64,000 nucleotides of DNA from Octopus sinensis (lineage: Eukaryota): the NCBI RefSeq assembly GCF_006345805.1, contig NC_043006.1:68448001-68512000 (forward strand). Direction: 5' to 3'. A program made the translations under genes and the position numbers. Below the pieces are notes generated by a model. That model made no database searches. It was not told the origin of the DNA and worked only from the letters and a program-made list of their open reading frames with translations. Of the stretch, positions 12,371 through 24,588 are shown one piece after another. Each line of letters opens with the position of its first letter. Position 1 is the stretch's first letter.

Positions 12371-13035
12371 AGAGAATCCATGCAAAATTAGGGGTTAATA
12401 GTCAACAAGTAATAGAATATAATGGCTGTCTGTCCTCTGCACTTTGCTCCACTCCCCAATCATATTTCTTCTTTCTCTCATCACCTTCTCACACTCTCAA
12501 CTGATGCATGACACAATTCACTCTCCACCCCCAATTCAATCCTTCTTCCCCCACACCATCCATCCAGCTCTAGCCATAGCTGCCCACCCCACTCCCCAAC
12601 CTCAGTGTCATCAGTAAAAGTCATGGGCACTGCCCCACCCTCACTCTATGATCTTCAGTAAGAACAAAATTATCAAGAAGGTAGTGAGGGGAAGGGCTAT
12701 AGTAGATAAGAGTGCCACCACTATGGTTATGATAAGAAATTTGCTTTGTAATCAACAGGTGCCAGGTACATTCTCATTGCACATTACCTTGGGTAAGCAA
12801 TTCCTATCATCATCTAACACACACACACACATTTTCATCATTTAACATCCATGTTTCATGCTGACATGGGTTGGATGGTTTGATAGGACCTGATGGGCCC
12901 AAGGACTGCATTGTGCTCCAGTGTCTGCTTTGGCATGGTCTCCATAAGCTGCATACCATTTCTAACATCATGCACACACAATAGGCTTAGACTCTTTTTT
13001 CAGTCCCACATTGTTCGGGTAAGTGTGTGCATGTG

Positions 13036-13075
<40 letters not shown>

Positions 13076-13242
13076 TAAAAAATGGAGTTAACGCAGGTTT
13101 AAACAAGTATTCAACGTAAACACGAAGTTTCAACCTTTATAAACAAGGAGTTACAACATCTTTACTTGTGAGATTTTTGCTGCCCTGGTAACTATTTATT
13201 TATTTTTCTGTGTTAATTGTTAACAAGGTAAAAATACACTCA

Positions 13243-13279
<37 letters not shown>

Positions 13280-13349
13280 ATAGAAATGTCAAGACAACAA
13301 AAGAATGAAAGGGACCTCGGTATTATGTAAATAGAGGAATTTATCTGTA

Positions 13350-13700
13350 AATATGTGACAATTATTCGGGGTGGAAACCCACGTTGCCATCTCTTCAGTT
13401 ATCCGGCCATTGAAAAAATGCTATACCTATACCATCAAAGGAACTATACTCTAAGAAACTTTCCATCTCATGTGTCACATACTACCAAACATTGACTATA
13501 CATACTGATACAGTTATATACAATTACACACCCTGATATAGTCACACTTATTAAGCGCATGAGATGGAAAGCTTTCTTTTACAACATTGAAGATAGCATT
13601 TTTTCGATGGCCAGATAACTTGAAGAGATGGTGGCGTGGGTTTCCACCCTGACATCTGAAACTCAGTTTTATCATGGCTACCGAATAATTGTCACATATT
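13350..13700. mobile_element. Fold-back element (same family as 42332-42600), possibly a Penelope-like pseudo-LTR remnant
   Basis: Nested inverted arms: 13350-13369/13681-13700, 13370-13427/about 13594-13649, and about 13453-13472/13558-13577. The outer flank 13281-13349 (CAAAAGAATGAAAGGGACCTCGGTATTATGTAAATAGAGGAATTTATCT) matches the reverse complement of about 42538-42597. Flanked by (TA)n. Confidence 0.8.
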
Positions 13701-13720
13701 ATATTTAGATATATATATAA

Positions 13721-14330
13721 ATCATCATCATCGTTTAACGTCCGTTTTCCATGCTAGCATGGGTTGGACAGTTTGACCGGGGTCTGGGAAGCCAGAAGGC
13801 TGCATCAGGCTCCAGTCTGATCTGGCAATGTTTCTACAGCTGGATGCCCTTCCCAACACCAACCACTCTGTGAGTGTAGTGGGTGCTTTTTACGTGCCAC
13901 CGGCACAGAGGCTAGAGGAGGCTGGCAAATGGCCACAATTGGTTGGTGTTTTTTATGTGCCACCGACATGGATGCCAGTCAGGCAGTGCTGGCACCAGCC
14001 ACATTCGGACGGTGCCTTTTACATGCCACCGGCACGGGTATCTTAACTACAATTTCCATTTGATTTTTATTTTGATGTTGGTGTTGACGTACTTGACACA
14101 ATAAGTCTCCTCAAGAACAGCGGGTCACTCTATGATCCAAGGTTAGCACAGCAGGCCGTCCTGTGAGCCATGAACTCACTTCATTTGTCGGGTCTTTACA
14201 GTCACAGCATATCTCAGAGGTCTCAGACTTCATCATTTCCTCTGTGAGGTCCTACATGCCACCGGCACAGGTATCACAACTACAATATCCATTCAATTTT
14301 TATTTTGATGTTGATGTACTTGACACTATA
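13721..14330 (-). mobile_element. SINE family C, long copy with duplicated 5' modules
   Basis: (CAT)n tail at 13721 and core at about 13830-13870. TGCCACCGRCAC modules repeat, and a ~232-bp-period duplication covers about 14020-14100 vs 14252-14326. Confidence 0.85.
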
Positions 14331-14399
14331 ATAGTAAATATAACAGTTTGTTGAGCTAGTTATATGACCAAATTAAACTCTACCAATCTGGTATTGAAT

Positions 14400-14700
14400 G
14401 TAATAGTAGTAGTTGTAGTGGTGGCGGTAATATTGGTAGTAGCTAGTAGTAGAAATGGTGGTGGGGTAGAAGTGGCTGTAGTGGTTGTTGTATTGGTAGT
14501 GATAGTACTGGCAGTGGTGGTGGTAGTAGTAGTAGTAGTGAATGTGGTGGTTCTAGTAGTAGTATTAGTGGTGGCAGTAATAGTATTAGTAGCTGTGGTG
14601 GTAGTGGCTGTGGTTGTAATAGCACTTGTTGTAGTAAAGTTGGTGGTGGTGGTAGTAGTGGTGGTGGTGGTGTTGATAGTAGTAGTAGTAGTGTCTGTGG
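14400..14700. repeat. (GTA/GTG)n trinucleotide tract
   Basis: Gives the poly-Val (14364..14732) and poly-Pro/Leu (14443..14736) artefact ORFs. Confidence 0.9.
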
Positions 14701-15200
14701 CAATAAGAGAAATCGAGGAGGAGGAAGACTGACCATGGTGAGAATAACAGCTACCTTATTGGACCAACATTGGCATCGCCAGTAGAAGAGCTAAAAAGGA
14801 ATAGAAATGATGATGATGATGATTGTGTGTGTAAGTGACAGTCCTCTCTTGAACTTTGTCCTTAAACCTCAGACCAGCAGCAGTGGCAAGGTGAAGATGA
14901 ACCCAGAATGATAAAATCTGCAGACGCTAGAATACTGTGGCATGATGCTGTAGTTGTTGTTGTCCTCGTTCAATTATATGTAATATGCAGGGAAGGGGAG
15001 CAGAGAACATTTAATTGATAATAAAGTACAAATTTCATAATTGTCAAATGTGCTTTAGTAGAGAAGAGTGGGGATAGGAGAATTACATTTGTATGTTTAT
15101 ATATATATATATATAATACAGGTATAATGCATGTATATATATATATCTATACATACATAGTCATCACTTAATGTCTGCCTTCCATACTGGCATGATATAT

Positions 15201-15231
<31 letters not shown>

Positions 15232-16704
15232 GATGATGATGATGATATACATACATATATACACATACATATATATATATTATATATATATATATATACA
15301 CATACATACAATCACACACACCCACACACATACATAATATATGTAAATTATATACTGCTACAAGTTGTTGGGAGTGGTGAAACATTACATAAATAACTAG
15401 ATCTGAAGTTTAAAAAAATTGTTTAAAGAATTGAATATATACTACTACTACTACTACTACTTATAATAATAGTAGTGAAACTAAATTTAACAGACAGTAA
15501 TAAAACATAAATTTGAAGCAAGTGGTGCAAAATGTAATAAAAATGGTTTAACAAGAAAAAAACTAAAATTTCCTTTTAGTCAGAGAAAGAAGTGGGTAGT
15601 GGTGGTGGTGGTAGGGTGGTGGGTGGAATGTCATGGCGGTGGCAGTGGTGGCGACGGTGCGTGTGAGTCTCAGATGAGTTATAGTACATTTTAACATGTG
15701 TTACTAATCTTGTATGGTCAGAGTAGCATTATATACAACATGCAGAGAAAATTAAGCTTTGTGAAAATATACAATATACACGCACGCACATACACACACA
15801 CCTGCTACAGTCATATACACATACACCACATATATAAACAAAGTGTGTGCTAGTTGCTGCAATGTTTCCCTTCAGAAAGAAATTATAAATAGCTTTTCCT
15901 CTCGACATAGACTACCAAGCAGTAAGACAGCAGTAAAGCATGACACCTTGTGTCTCAGATTGATGAAAGCCTTGTGAATGAGAATTTGTAGATGGAAACT
16001 GTATAGAAGCCATCACACAGGTCTTATGTATGTTTAGACGGTCTGGTGTATGCTTGTGAAGCATTTGACTGACTTGTTGTTTAACCCCAGGTCAACATTA
16101 CTCAACAGACCTGTGATCAAAGGTGTTCTAATCACAATCGTCCAGTTTTTATCTTAAGGTTTTATCTATTATTATTCAATCTTCTTCCAGATACCATCTA
16201 TTTTAAAACTGTATCAGTGTGATTGAAGGGGAAGTTAGCTGTAATTTCTAGCATGTTGATTGGCCACATAAAGGGTGCTTCGTTAGTTTAGTTGCTTGTT
16301 TTGATGGGGTGAGACTGTATCAGTGTGTGACTGTAACCACATGTGATTATATCAGTGTATCATTGTGTGTAACTGTATCAAGGGTGAGTGAGTGTAACAT
16401 TGTGTGACTGTATCATTGTTGTCTGATTGTATCAGTGTATGTGTGAATGTAATACTGTATTTGTGTGTGTGTGTGTGTGTGTGACTGTATCATAGTGTGA
16501 CTATATCAGGGTGTGTAATTGTATATAACTGTATCAGTATGTATGGTCAATGTTTGGTAGTATGTGACATGTATTATGATGTTTTATGATATTGTGACAT
16601 CTTCTTGTGACACATGAATGTAATATGTATGTAACACAAATATGTGATGTCATGTTACATGTGTAAAACACAGACATCACATTGCACATATTGCTATGCT
16701 TTGG

Positions 16705-16858
16705 TGCTTTATGATGTCATCAGTTTATACTGCTATGTATAACACATGCTTTGTGTTATCATCAGTTAATGCTGTTATGTGTAACACATGCTTTATAATG
16801 TCATTAGTTTATGCTGCTATATATAACACATGTTTTGTGATGTCATCAGTTTATGCTA
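16705..16858. repeat. 42-bp minisatellite, about 3.7 units
   Basis: The YAGTT motif recurs at 16721, 16763, 16805 and 16847 (exact 42-bp period). Unit is about TGCTTTATGATGTCATCAGTTTATACTGCTATGTATAACACA. Confidence 0.9.
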
Positions 16859-17103
16859 TTGAAGGACTAGCTGTGGTCAGCTGTCTTTGACATCTTCAAA
16901 TTCTTCTTCTTCCTTTACTCCACAACATTAGAAATATTATACACTCTGCACTGACTGATCCTTATCCACCATTGGTGGTGCCTTTCCATGACAAAGTTAG
17001 CAGCTTCTGTAAATCCACACATAATGCATGCATACATACATGCATGTACATATACATACACAATAAAGACATATTATAGATCATTACAGATTAGTTGATA
17101 AAG

Positions 17104-17141
<38 letters not shown>

Positions 17142-18009
17142 CCCACCATCATCACCACCACCACCACTACCATCAGGTCTACTCAACACCCAAAATATAT
17201 GCCCCATCCTCTTTCATCTGTAAAACTGGATTCCAGGTAGAATGATGGGGAGGGGGTGCAAATAAAATAAACAAAACCCCTTTTTTTCTCCCCCATGGGG
17301 ACACAACAGTCTGTCTGTGTCTGTTTAGTAGGTAAATTGTAGGCAGGGAATGGAGTGGAAGTGGAGGTGGTGAAGAGATACAGTAATAGAGAGAGAAAAC
17401 AGGAGCAGGGAAAAGGAAACAGTAAGGTAACATTGTGAGGGGTGAGGGTAGAGAAAACAGTGAGGTACCAGGGAGAGAGAGAGAGAGAGAGTGAGAGTTA
17501 GAATGTGAGACAGAGAAAAAGAAAGAGAGAGTGTGTATGTAGCAGGGGTGGAGGAGGTATCGGTGGTAATATGACAAGATAAGAAAGTGTTTGTAGTATT
17601 GTTGTTGTTGTTGGTGTCTGTGGAAGAGATTATTGCTATTAACAGATTTCAAGAAAAAGCCAGAACTTTTCTAAACAACCAATTCTGCTGCACCAGAGAC
17701 AGGGATTTTTTTTTTTTAACTGACAACAATGTGTCCCCACCACCATCACTGCTACTACACCCTCCCCACCACCACAAGCTGTTTCAAAAAGAAAAATAGT
17801 TTTTCTTTTTTTTTTTCATCTGCCTCACCAAAGATTATTTCCAAAAATTGCTGTTCTCTTGGAGGGGGTCCCTAAAGAATGATTTATCTGATAATGATAG
17901 CAGAAGGAATGGGCTTTTTACCATTTTTTTTTTTTTTTTTTGAGGGCTTTCTTTACCTATTACATTTCCATTTTTGGGCAGAATCCCCCCTCTTTCATTT
18001 TTTAAAATT

Positions 18010-18645
18010 CTATTCATGTGTAGCTTTTATCTTTTATTTGTTTCAACCATTAGACTGTGGCTATGCTGGGATCACTGCCTTGAAGAACTTTTAGTCGAAT
18101 GAATTAACCCCAGAACTTATATTATATTTTTTAGGCTTGGTACTTATTCTATCAGTCTCTTTTGTCAAACTGCTAAGTTACATGGATATAAACACACCAA
18201 CACTGATTGTCAAGCAGTAGTAGGGGACAAACATAGACACAAACACACTCACACACACAAGTATGCGTGTGTGTGTGTGTGTGTGTGTGTATATATTTTC
18301 TTTTATTCTTTTATTTGTTTCAGTTATTTGACTTCAGTCAAACAAATTGACCCCAGGACTTATTCTATTGGTCCCTCCTGCTGAGCTGTTAAGTTATGGG
18401 AGACTTAAACACACCCAAATTGGTTGTCAAACGATGGTGGGGGGACAAACACAGACATGCAAACACACACACACACATATATGTATGACAGGCTTCTTTC
18501 AGTTTCCACCTACCAAATCCACTCACAAGGCTTTGGTTGGCTTGATGCTATAGCTGAAGACACTTGCCCAAGGTGCCATGCCGTAGGACTGAACCCGGAA
18601 AGTGGTTGATAAGCAAGCTACTTACCATACAGCCATGCCTGCAGT
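18010..18645 (-). mobile_element. Two adjacent SINE family A copies (3' half, then a full copy)
   Basis: Homologous to family A at about 18010-18250 and about 18300-18645. Confidence 0.8.
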
Positions 18646-19554
18646 TAAAAGTATATGTCTAGTCATAAATTGACCGGTGGTTTCGCATCTGGACATATAC
18701 TTAACTGCATATATACATTACTGCTTTATGGTTTAGAGTGTGCTGTTTTTTCGGATACATGATATACTGATGATACATACATACATACATGTACGTATGT
18801 ATGTATGTATGTGTGTTTGTGTTTAGAAAATTTCTTATAATTACTTTTCTGCAAAAACTTGAATGGAATTTGAACTCAGTTTCTTTTGTGCAGAAGGTGT
18901 CATTTCACAGTAAACATGTAACCCTAAGTAAGCCAGTAAGTAAAGATGACCGTGTCAAAGAACAAATGCATAGAATGACCCTCACCGCCTCCGCCATCAC
19001 CACCTTTGCTGGGTTGTATGGGATTGAAAATTAAAGATTTCAACTTCTCAACTATTGCTCTCAGAATTAGCATTTAATTTACATCAAATATTTTCAGGAC
19101 AGATCCAGGATTTACTGAATCAAGAATACAAGTTTATATTAGTGAAAATAGAGACAGCACACAGCATATAGACATACAAGCATACAGACAAGCCTGCACA
19201 CACACACACACACACACACAAATAGACAAACATGTAAAGTGAGTTAATGAAGGAACCTTAAGCTGGCTGCTCAACCATTTAGAACTAAAAGAAAAATCTA
19301 TCCTGATTCACACTTTATGGTTTAAAAAAGAACACATTGGACAACAAAGTCCCTAATGTGCAGAAAGGTGGGATGATCATAGCTGGGGAACCTTTGATCT
19401 GTCAGATCAGAATTGATCTGAAGGCTAAACAACAACAACAACAGCTGGAGTAGCAGCAGTTACAATGAAAGAGTACCATGAGTGAGAACACAGTAATGCT
19501 CTTTTTTTTTAATGGTTAGTTCAACTCATCGGTCGTGAGCAGGCAGGATTCATT

Positions 19555-19950
19555 AGCACATCAGACAAACTGCTTTAGTGCTGCATTTTCTGAATCTTTA
19601 TATTCTGAGTTCAAATCCTACTGGGGTCAACTCTGCCTTCCATCCTTTCAGGGTTGATAAAATAAAGTACCAGTCATGTACTTGGGTTGATGCAATTAAT
19701 TTTCTCCTCCCCTCAGATTGCTGGCATGCTGTCAGACTTAGAAAGAATGACTAAGGTAGTGGTGGATAAAACGCATGGTGATGCTTCTTCCAGTTCTTAA
19801 CATTCTGCATTCAAATACAGCCGAGGTTGACTTTACCCTTCATCCTTTCAAGATTGATAAAATAAGTACCAGTTGAACACTGGGGGTCGATGTAATTCAC
19901 TAAACCCCCCTCTCCCTTTAATTGCTGGTCTTTTGCCAAAATTTGGAACA
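19555..19950 (+). mobile_element. Two tandem degenerate SINE family B copies
   Basis: Each has TCTGAGTTCAAAT (B-box-like) followed by GCCTTYCATCCTTTC.GGGTTGATAAAATAAGTACCAG..CTGGGGTCGAT. Confidence 0.75.
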
Positions 19951-20419
19951 GTTATGATTTTAACGGAAATAGTTCTTTTTAATAGTCCCTAAATTTATAA
20001 AGTGAGTTAATAGGGTATCAGTCAACAGGCATGGGATCAATAGTTCTGGGAGTTGTGCCTGTGATTGGAGACAGTGGTGGGAGCACTACAGAATTGATTT
20101 ATGTGTCATTTAATTTAATTTCTGACATGAAGACAATCTGTGATATATTGGTGCCTCTATCAAGGAGAATATATTTCTTTTGGAATTGGTAATAAGATCT
20201 GAATCAATGGTTCCTTGTCATTTAGGAAGAAATTTAGATAACAGAAATGCCCACCTCTCCCAAAATAGAATTATAACGGATGTGTAATATTACTTTGATG
20301 AACTGAGAGAGGATGGATAGAAAAAAATGATGATGGTGGTAGTAGTGCTTTTTTAGATTTAGTAATAGAGTAAAAGAGAAAATTAAAATGGTGGTTCACA
20401 AATTTGTCTGTCTGTCTGT

Positions 20420-20842
20420 ATGCGCAAACGCATACCCTCCATCAGACACCTACCATATTCTGAGCGCCTTGTTTCCCTGGGCATGGATTCACTGAAGCTC
20501 CGGCGTCTGGCAACGGACTTGGTAAACACCCACAAAGTTATCAACCACCTCATCAACAACAACACTGAACACCTTTTTGATCTCCATGTGTCTAACACAC
20601 ATGGACATGCCCACAAAGTAAAAAAACAACACAGCTCCCATGACTTTCGGAAACATTTTTTCACGCTCAGAGTTGCTGAAGCATGGAATAAACTGCCTGC
20701 GTCAGTTGTTGACTGCCATGACACTGCATCCTTTAAGGCTCTCATGCTTTCCGAAATCCGCCAAAACTACACCTGATTATATATACACTTTAGATGAGTT
20801 GTAGTGCACCTGAGCACTGTACACAATTATTATTATTATTAT
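20420..20842 (+). mobile_element. 5'-truncated CR1/L2-group LINE 3' end (ORF2 C-terminus, 3'UTR, (ATT)n tail)
   Basis: Uninterrupted 118-aa frame LPYSERLVSLGMDSLKLRRLATDL...THGHAHKV...FRKHFFTLRVAEAWNKLPASVV...SFK matches the conserved post-RT C-terminus of CR1-type ORF2. Short 3'UTR followed by ATT repeats at about 20826-20841. Confidence 0.88.
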
Positions 20843-21220
20843 GTGCAGGCATGGCTGTGTGGTAAGAAGTTTTATTCCGAACCATATTGTTCCAGGTTCA
20901 GTACCACTGCATGACACCTTGGGCAAGTGTCATCTGTTATAGCTTCAGGCTCAGACTGACCAAAGCCTTGTGAGTGGAGTTAGTTGGAACTTGAAAGAAG
21001 CCTGTCGTGTGTGTGTGTGTTTGTCCCCTGCTTGAAAATTAGAGTTGGTGTGTTTACACCCCAATAACTTAGCAGTTTAGCAAATGAACACCAACAGAAT
21101 AAGTACCAGGTATTAGAAAAAAAACAAGTACTGGCGCTGATCCATTCAACTAAAAGTTTTCCAAGGCGGTGCCCCAGCATATCCGCAGTCTAATGACTGA
21201 AACAAGTAAAAGATAAAAGG
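20843..21220 (+). mobile_element. SINE family A copy
   Basis: Head GCAGGCATGGCTGTGTGGTAAG directly after the CR1 tail; ends GACTGAAACAAGTAAAAGATAAAAG. Confidence 0.85.
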
Positions 21221-21459
21221 ATATAACACCTCCATCACTCTCATTCGGTAGAGTTTATTAGAAAGATAAATAAAAAGGAAGACTTCAAAGTAAATTTAAA
21301 GAGTAGCATAGTTGAAATATGGAGCTTCTGTCTGTTTATTTAGCAACAGTCAGTTGTTAAAATGTTACAGTGAAAAACTGATAAGAAGGAAACTAGTTGA
21401 TGTGATGAAACAGGTTAAACATTTGTTAGCAATAACATCAGTCATCAATTTAAAGATGG

Positions 21460-21660
21460 CTAAGGCACTGTGCTGGCAGAAATGCTTAGCGGTATTTTGC
21501 CTGTCTTTACGTTCTAAGTTCAAATTCCGCCATGGTCAACTTTGCCTTTCATCCTTTCGGGGCTGATAAATTAAGTACCAGTTGCATACTGGAGTTGATC
21601 TAATCGACTGGCCCCATCTCCCCAGAAAGTTTGGGCCTTGAGCCTAGAGTAGAAAAGAAT
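21460..21660 (+). mobile_element. SINE family B copy
   Basis: GCTGGCAGAAATGCTTAGCGG..AGTTCAAATTCCGCC..GCCTTTCATCCTTTCGGGGCTGATAAATTAAGTACCAG. Confidence 0.8.
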
Positions 21661-21934
21661 CCAGAGATGGCTGACATACATGAAGGAGGGAGATGATACT
21701 AATTTCCTGTTTAATACTCAGGACTGCAGTTGGGAGACTCCAGCAACTGTAGATGCCACATTGTAGGTGAGTGTGAGACGCTAGAAATAAATGGGACTTT
21801 AAGTATGTGTGAGACCCAAGGATTAGTAGAGACCACTTCAGGTGTGTATGTATGTGAGTGGAAGTCTAATAGCTGGAGGTAACAAATGGAAATCCCAAAT
21901 GGATTTTATCCCAGAAACCTTTAATACTTCTTTT

Positions 21935-22265
21935 ATCTTTGATTTTTACTTGTTTCAGTCATTGGATTGTGGCCATGCAAGAGCACTACCTTGAAGGGTG
22001 TAGTTGGACAAATCGACCCGTGGTTTATATTACAGGGGTATATACAAACCGCCACCGCTTGTCAAGTGGTGGTGGTGGACAAACATAAACACAAAGGCAA
22101 ACGCAAATGTGTGTGTGTGTATGACAAGTTTCTTTCAAAGTCCGCCAACCAGTTCCACTCACTAGACTTTGGTAAGCCCACGGCAGTAGTAGAAGACACT
22201 TGCTTAAGGTGCAACACAATGGAACTGAACCTGGAACCATGTGATTGAGAAGCAAACTTCTTGAT
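21935..22265 (-). mobile_element. SINE family A copy
   Basis: Homologous to family A. Confidence 0.75.
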
Positions 22266-22647
22266 GATGATGATGGCAGTGGTGGTGGTAGTAACAACAC
22301 ACACACACACACACAACAGACACAAGAAATTCACTTTATAATAAAGAAGTCCAAAGCTCAATCCCCTTGCATGGCATCTTGGGCAAATGTCTAGTGTTAT
22401 AGGTCAATGTCATTCAAAATGGAGGTAAATGAAAAAGGTTAGGAAGTCTGCTCGATGGACTGTGCCTGGAATTAAAAGGTCCAGCTTTGTGACATAAAGG
22501 CACCCTGATTCTATCAGAGAATTACATTAAGGGTCCATGTGTCCATACTAATTAATCACTCACTCACACTAAGATTCAATAAGTTATCCCACTCACTCAA
22601 CAACTAGAAGCACTCAATGTCGAAATCTAGAGAGATCCATTAAAAAA

Positions 22648-22770
22648 TTATTATTATTATTATTATTGCTGTTGTTATTGTTATCATTATTATTATTATT
22701 GCACTTGTTATTGTTATCATTATTATTATTATTATTATTATTGCTCTTGTTATTGTTATTATTATTATAA
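22648..22770. repeat. Degenerate (ATT/GTT)n tract
   Basis: Source of the poly-Asn ORF 22614..23045. Confidence 0.9.
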
Positions 22771-22776
22771 TATATG

Positions 22777-23081
22777 AAATCGAAATCTGAATCGAAATTG
22801 AACCAATGAAATTGAACCCTGGACTGGTGGTACGTAAAAAGCACTATCCGAATTGTGGCCGATGCCAGCGTCATCTCGACTGGCTTCCGTGCCGGTGGCA
22901 CGTAAAAAGCACCCACTACACTCACGGAGTGGTTGGCGTTAGGAAGGGCATCCAGCTGTAGAAACATTGCCAGATAAGACTGGAGCCTGGTGCAGCCTTC
23001 TGGCTTCCCAGATCCCCGGTCGAACCGTCCAACCCATGCTAGCATGGAGAACGGACGTTAAACGATGATGATGATGATGAT
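22777..23081 (+). mobile_element. SINE family C, well-preserved copy
   Basis: CpG-rich; GTGCCGGTGGCACGTAAAAAGCACCCACTACACTCACGGAGTGGTTGGCGTTAGGAAGGGCATCC..GGACGTTAAACGATGATGATG. A family B copy follows at about 23085-23275. Confidence 0.88.
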
Positions 23082-23279
23082 TATTAGCACTTTGGATGAA
23101 ATGCTTAGCAGTATTTTGCCTGTTGCTACATTCTGAATACAAATTCTGCCGAGGTCAACTTTATTTTTCATATTTTTGAGGTCGATAAACTAAGTACCAC
23201 TAAAACACTGGGGTTGATGTAATCAACTAGTCCCCTCCCGCAAAATTTCAGGTCTTCTGCCTTTAGTAGAAAGGATTAT

Positions 23280-23826
23280 CATTGTTATGTGAGAGAGCAA
23301 TGCATGCCATCAAAGTGACACTGGGGTAAAATATACCAAGCCCAGTATACCTATCATGATTATATGTCTGATAAGGTACACCAGGCACATGCATCACAAC
23401 CATATGTGCATGACATGGTGATCTCATATCAAAATAAACAGTGCATGACATTGCAGGTGGGGCCCAGTTAGAATTTCCTTCAGGTTGAGTAGCCCATCCC
23501 ACTCAAGAGGTCCTTGAATAAGGGTTGTTTAAGGATGTTGAAAAAAACACCCATGTTTCCAAAGGTGAATTATCCAACCCCTAAAGAATCCCTCTCAACA
23601 CATGGTTATGATGCTCCCCCACTACTTCTGCTCATGATCAGAGATGCACATATCGTCAGCCACTAAGGGACATGCTCAACCGGTTAAGATCAAACAACTG
23701 ACAAGCAAATCTGTGGTATTGAGCAGAATATTTGCTGTAGCCCATCTTTTATACCAAGATAAAACAATGTACATGATAACACTTCCAATCAGTTAAGATC
23801 AGAAGCCATGACAGCCACTGCCTGGT
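23280..23826 (-). mobile_element. About 550-bp interspersed repeat of unassigned class
   Basis: Complex, non-coding block with distinct ends that I recognise as an abundant octopus repeat. It is single-copy in this window, so this call rests on recall only. Confidence 0.45.
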
Positions 23827-23918
23827 ACTGCATCAGGGGATTTATTATTATTATTATATTTGTCCTATGTATATATGAATATGTAAGTATGTACAAAAGC
23901 ATACTCCAGAATGTCTAT

Positions 23919-23970
<52 letters not shown>

Positions 23971-24257
23971 TACGCTATTATAAAATATAGGTTCAGTGAA
24001 TCATGTGGCTATCACAGTAAGCTCCTCATCTGGAATTTGCTGGCTGTAATCATATGGAAGTCATATGGATAGATACATCTATCTTCACCTCTCACACTTC
24101 TTACTTTATGCTATACACACACATTTACAAATGTGAAACCTATGTGAGTGTGTATATGGTCTAGTAGAACAAATAGTATAAATTGAACTCAATATGAGTC
24201 TATTTATCTATCTATCTATCTATCTATCTATCAATCTGTCTATGTGTATGTATGTAT

Positions 24258-24297
<40 letters not shown>

Positions 24298-24529
24298 TAA
24301 AACAAGTTGGAATCAGTTGATGTCTATAGAAGAAGATAAAAAGAGTCCCTTGCTTATCTCTAGAAAACATTGCTTTCTTAAGACAGACAAATAACTAACA
24401 TTCCACTGGGTCTTGTCAGAAGCCTGATAACAAGGATGGTGATGATGATAATGATGGTGGTGGTAAGTGGTTTTGAGGGGTAGAATTCCTAAAAAGGGGT
24501 TCAAATTTCTAGCATTTAAGGTTGGGAGG

Positions 24530-24588
<59 letters not shown>

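Noticed and set aside
14755-14790. Possible 36-nt phase-0 micro-exon upstream of the PDZ exon (ttcctttttag|LFYWRCQCWSNK|gtagct on -)
   Set aside because: The donor is weak. On + the same bases look like a LINE 3' end (..RNRGG.RLTMVR.. followed by a (GAT)n tail), which explains the pyrimidine tract. RNA-seq would be needed.
17180-17660. CT-rich, 5'UTR-like segment on the minus strand with short ATG frames
   Set aside because: No convincing donor or ARHGAP-like peptide; composition alone is insufficient.
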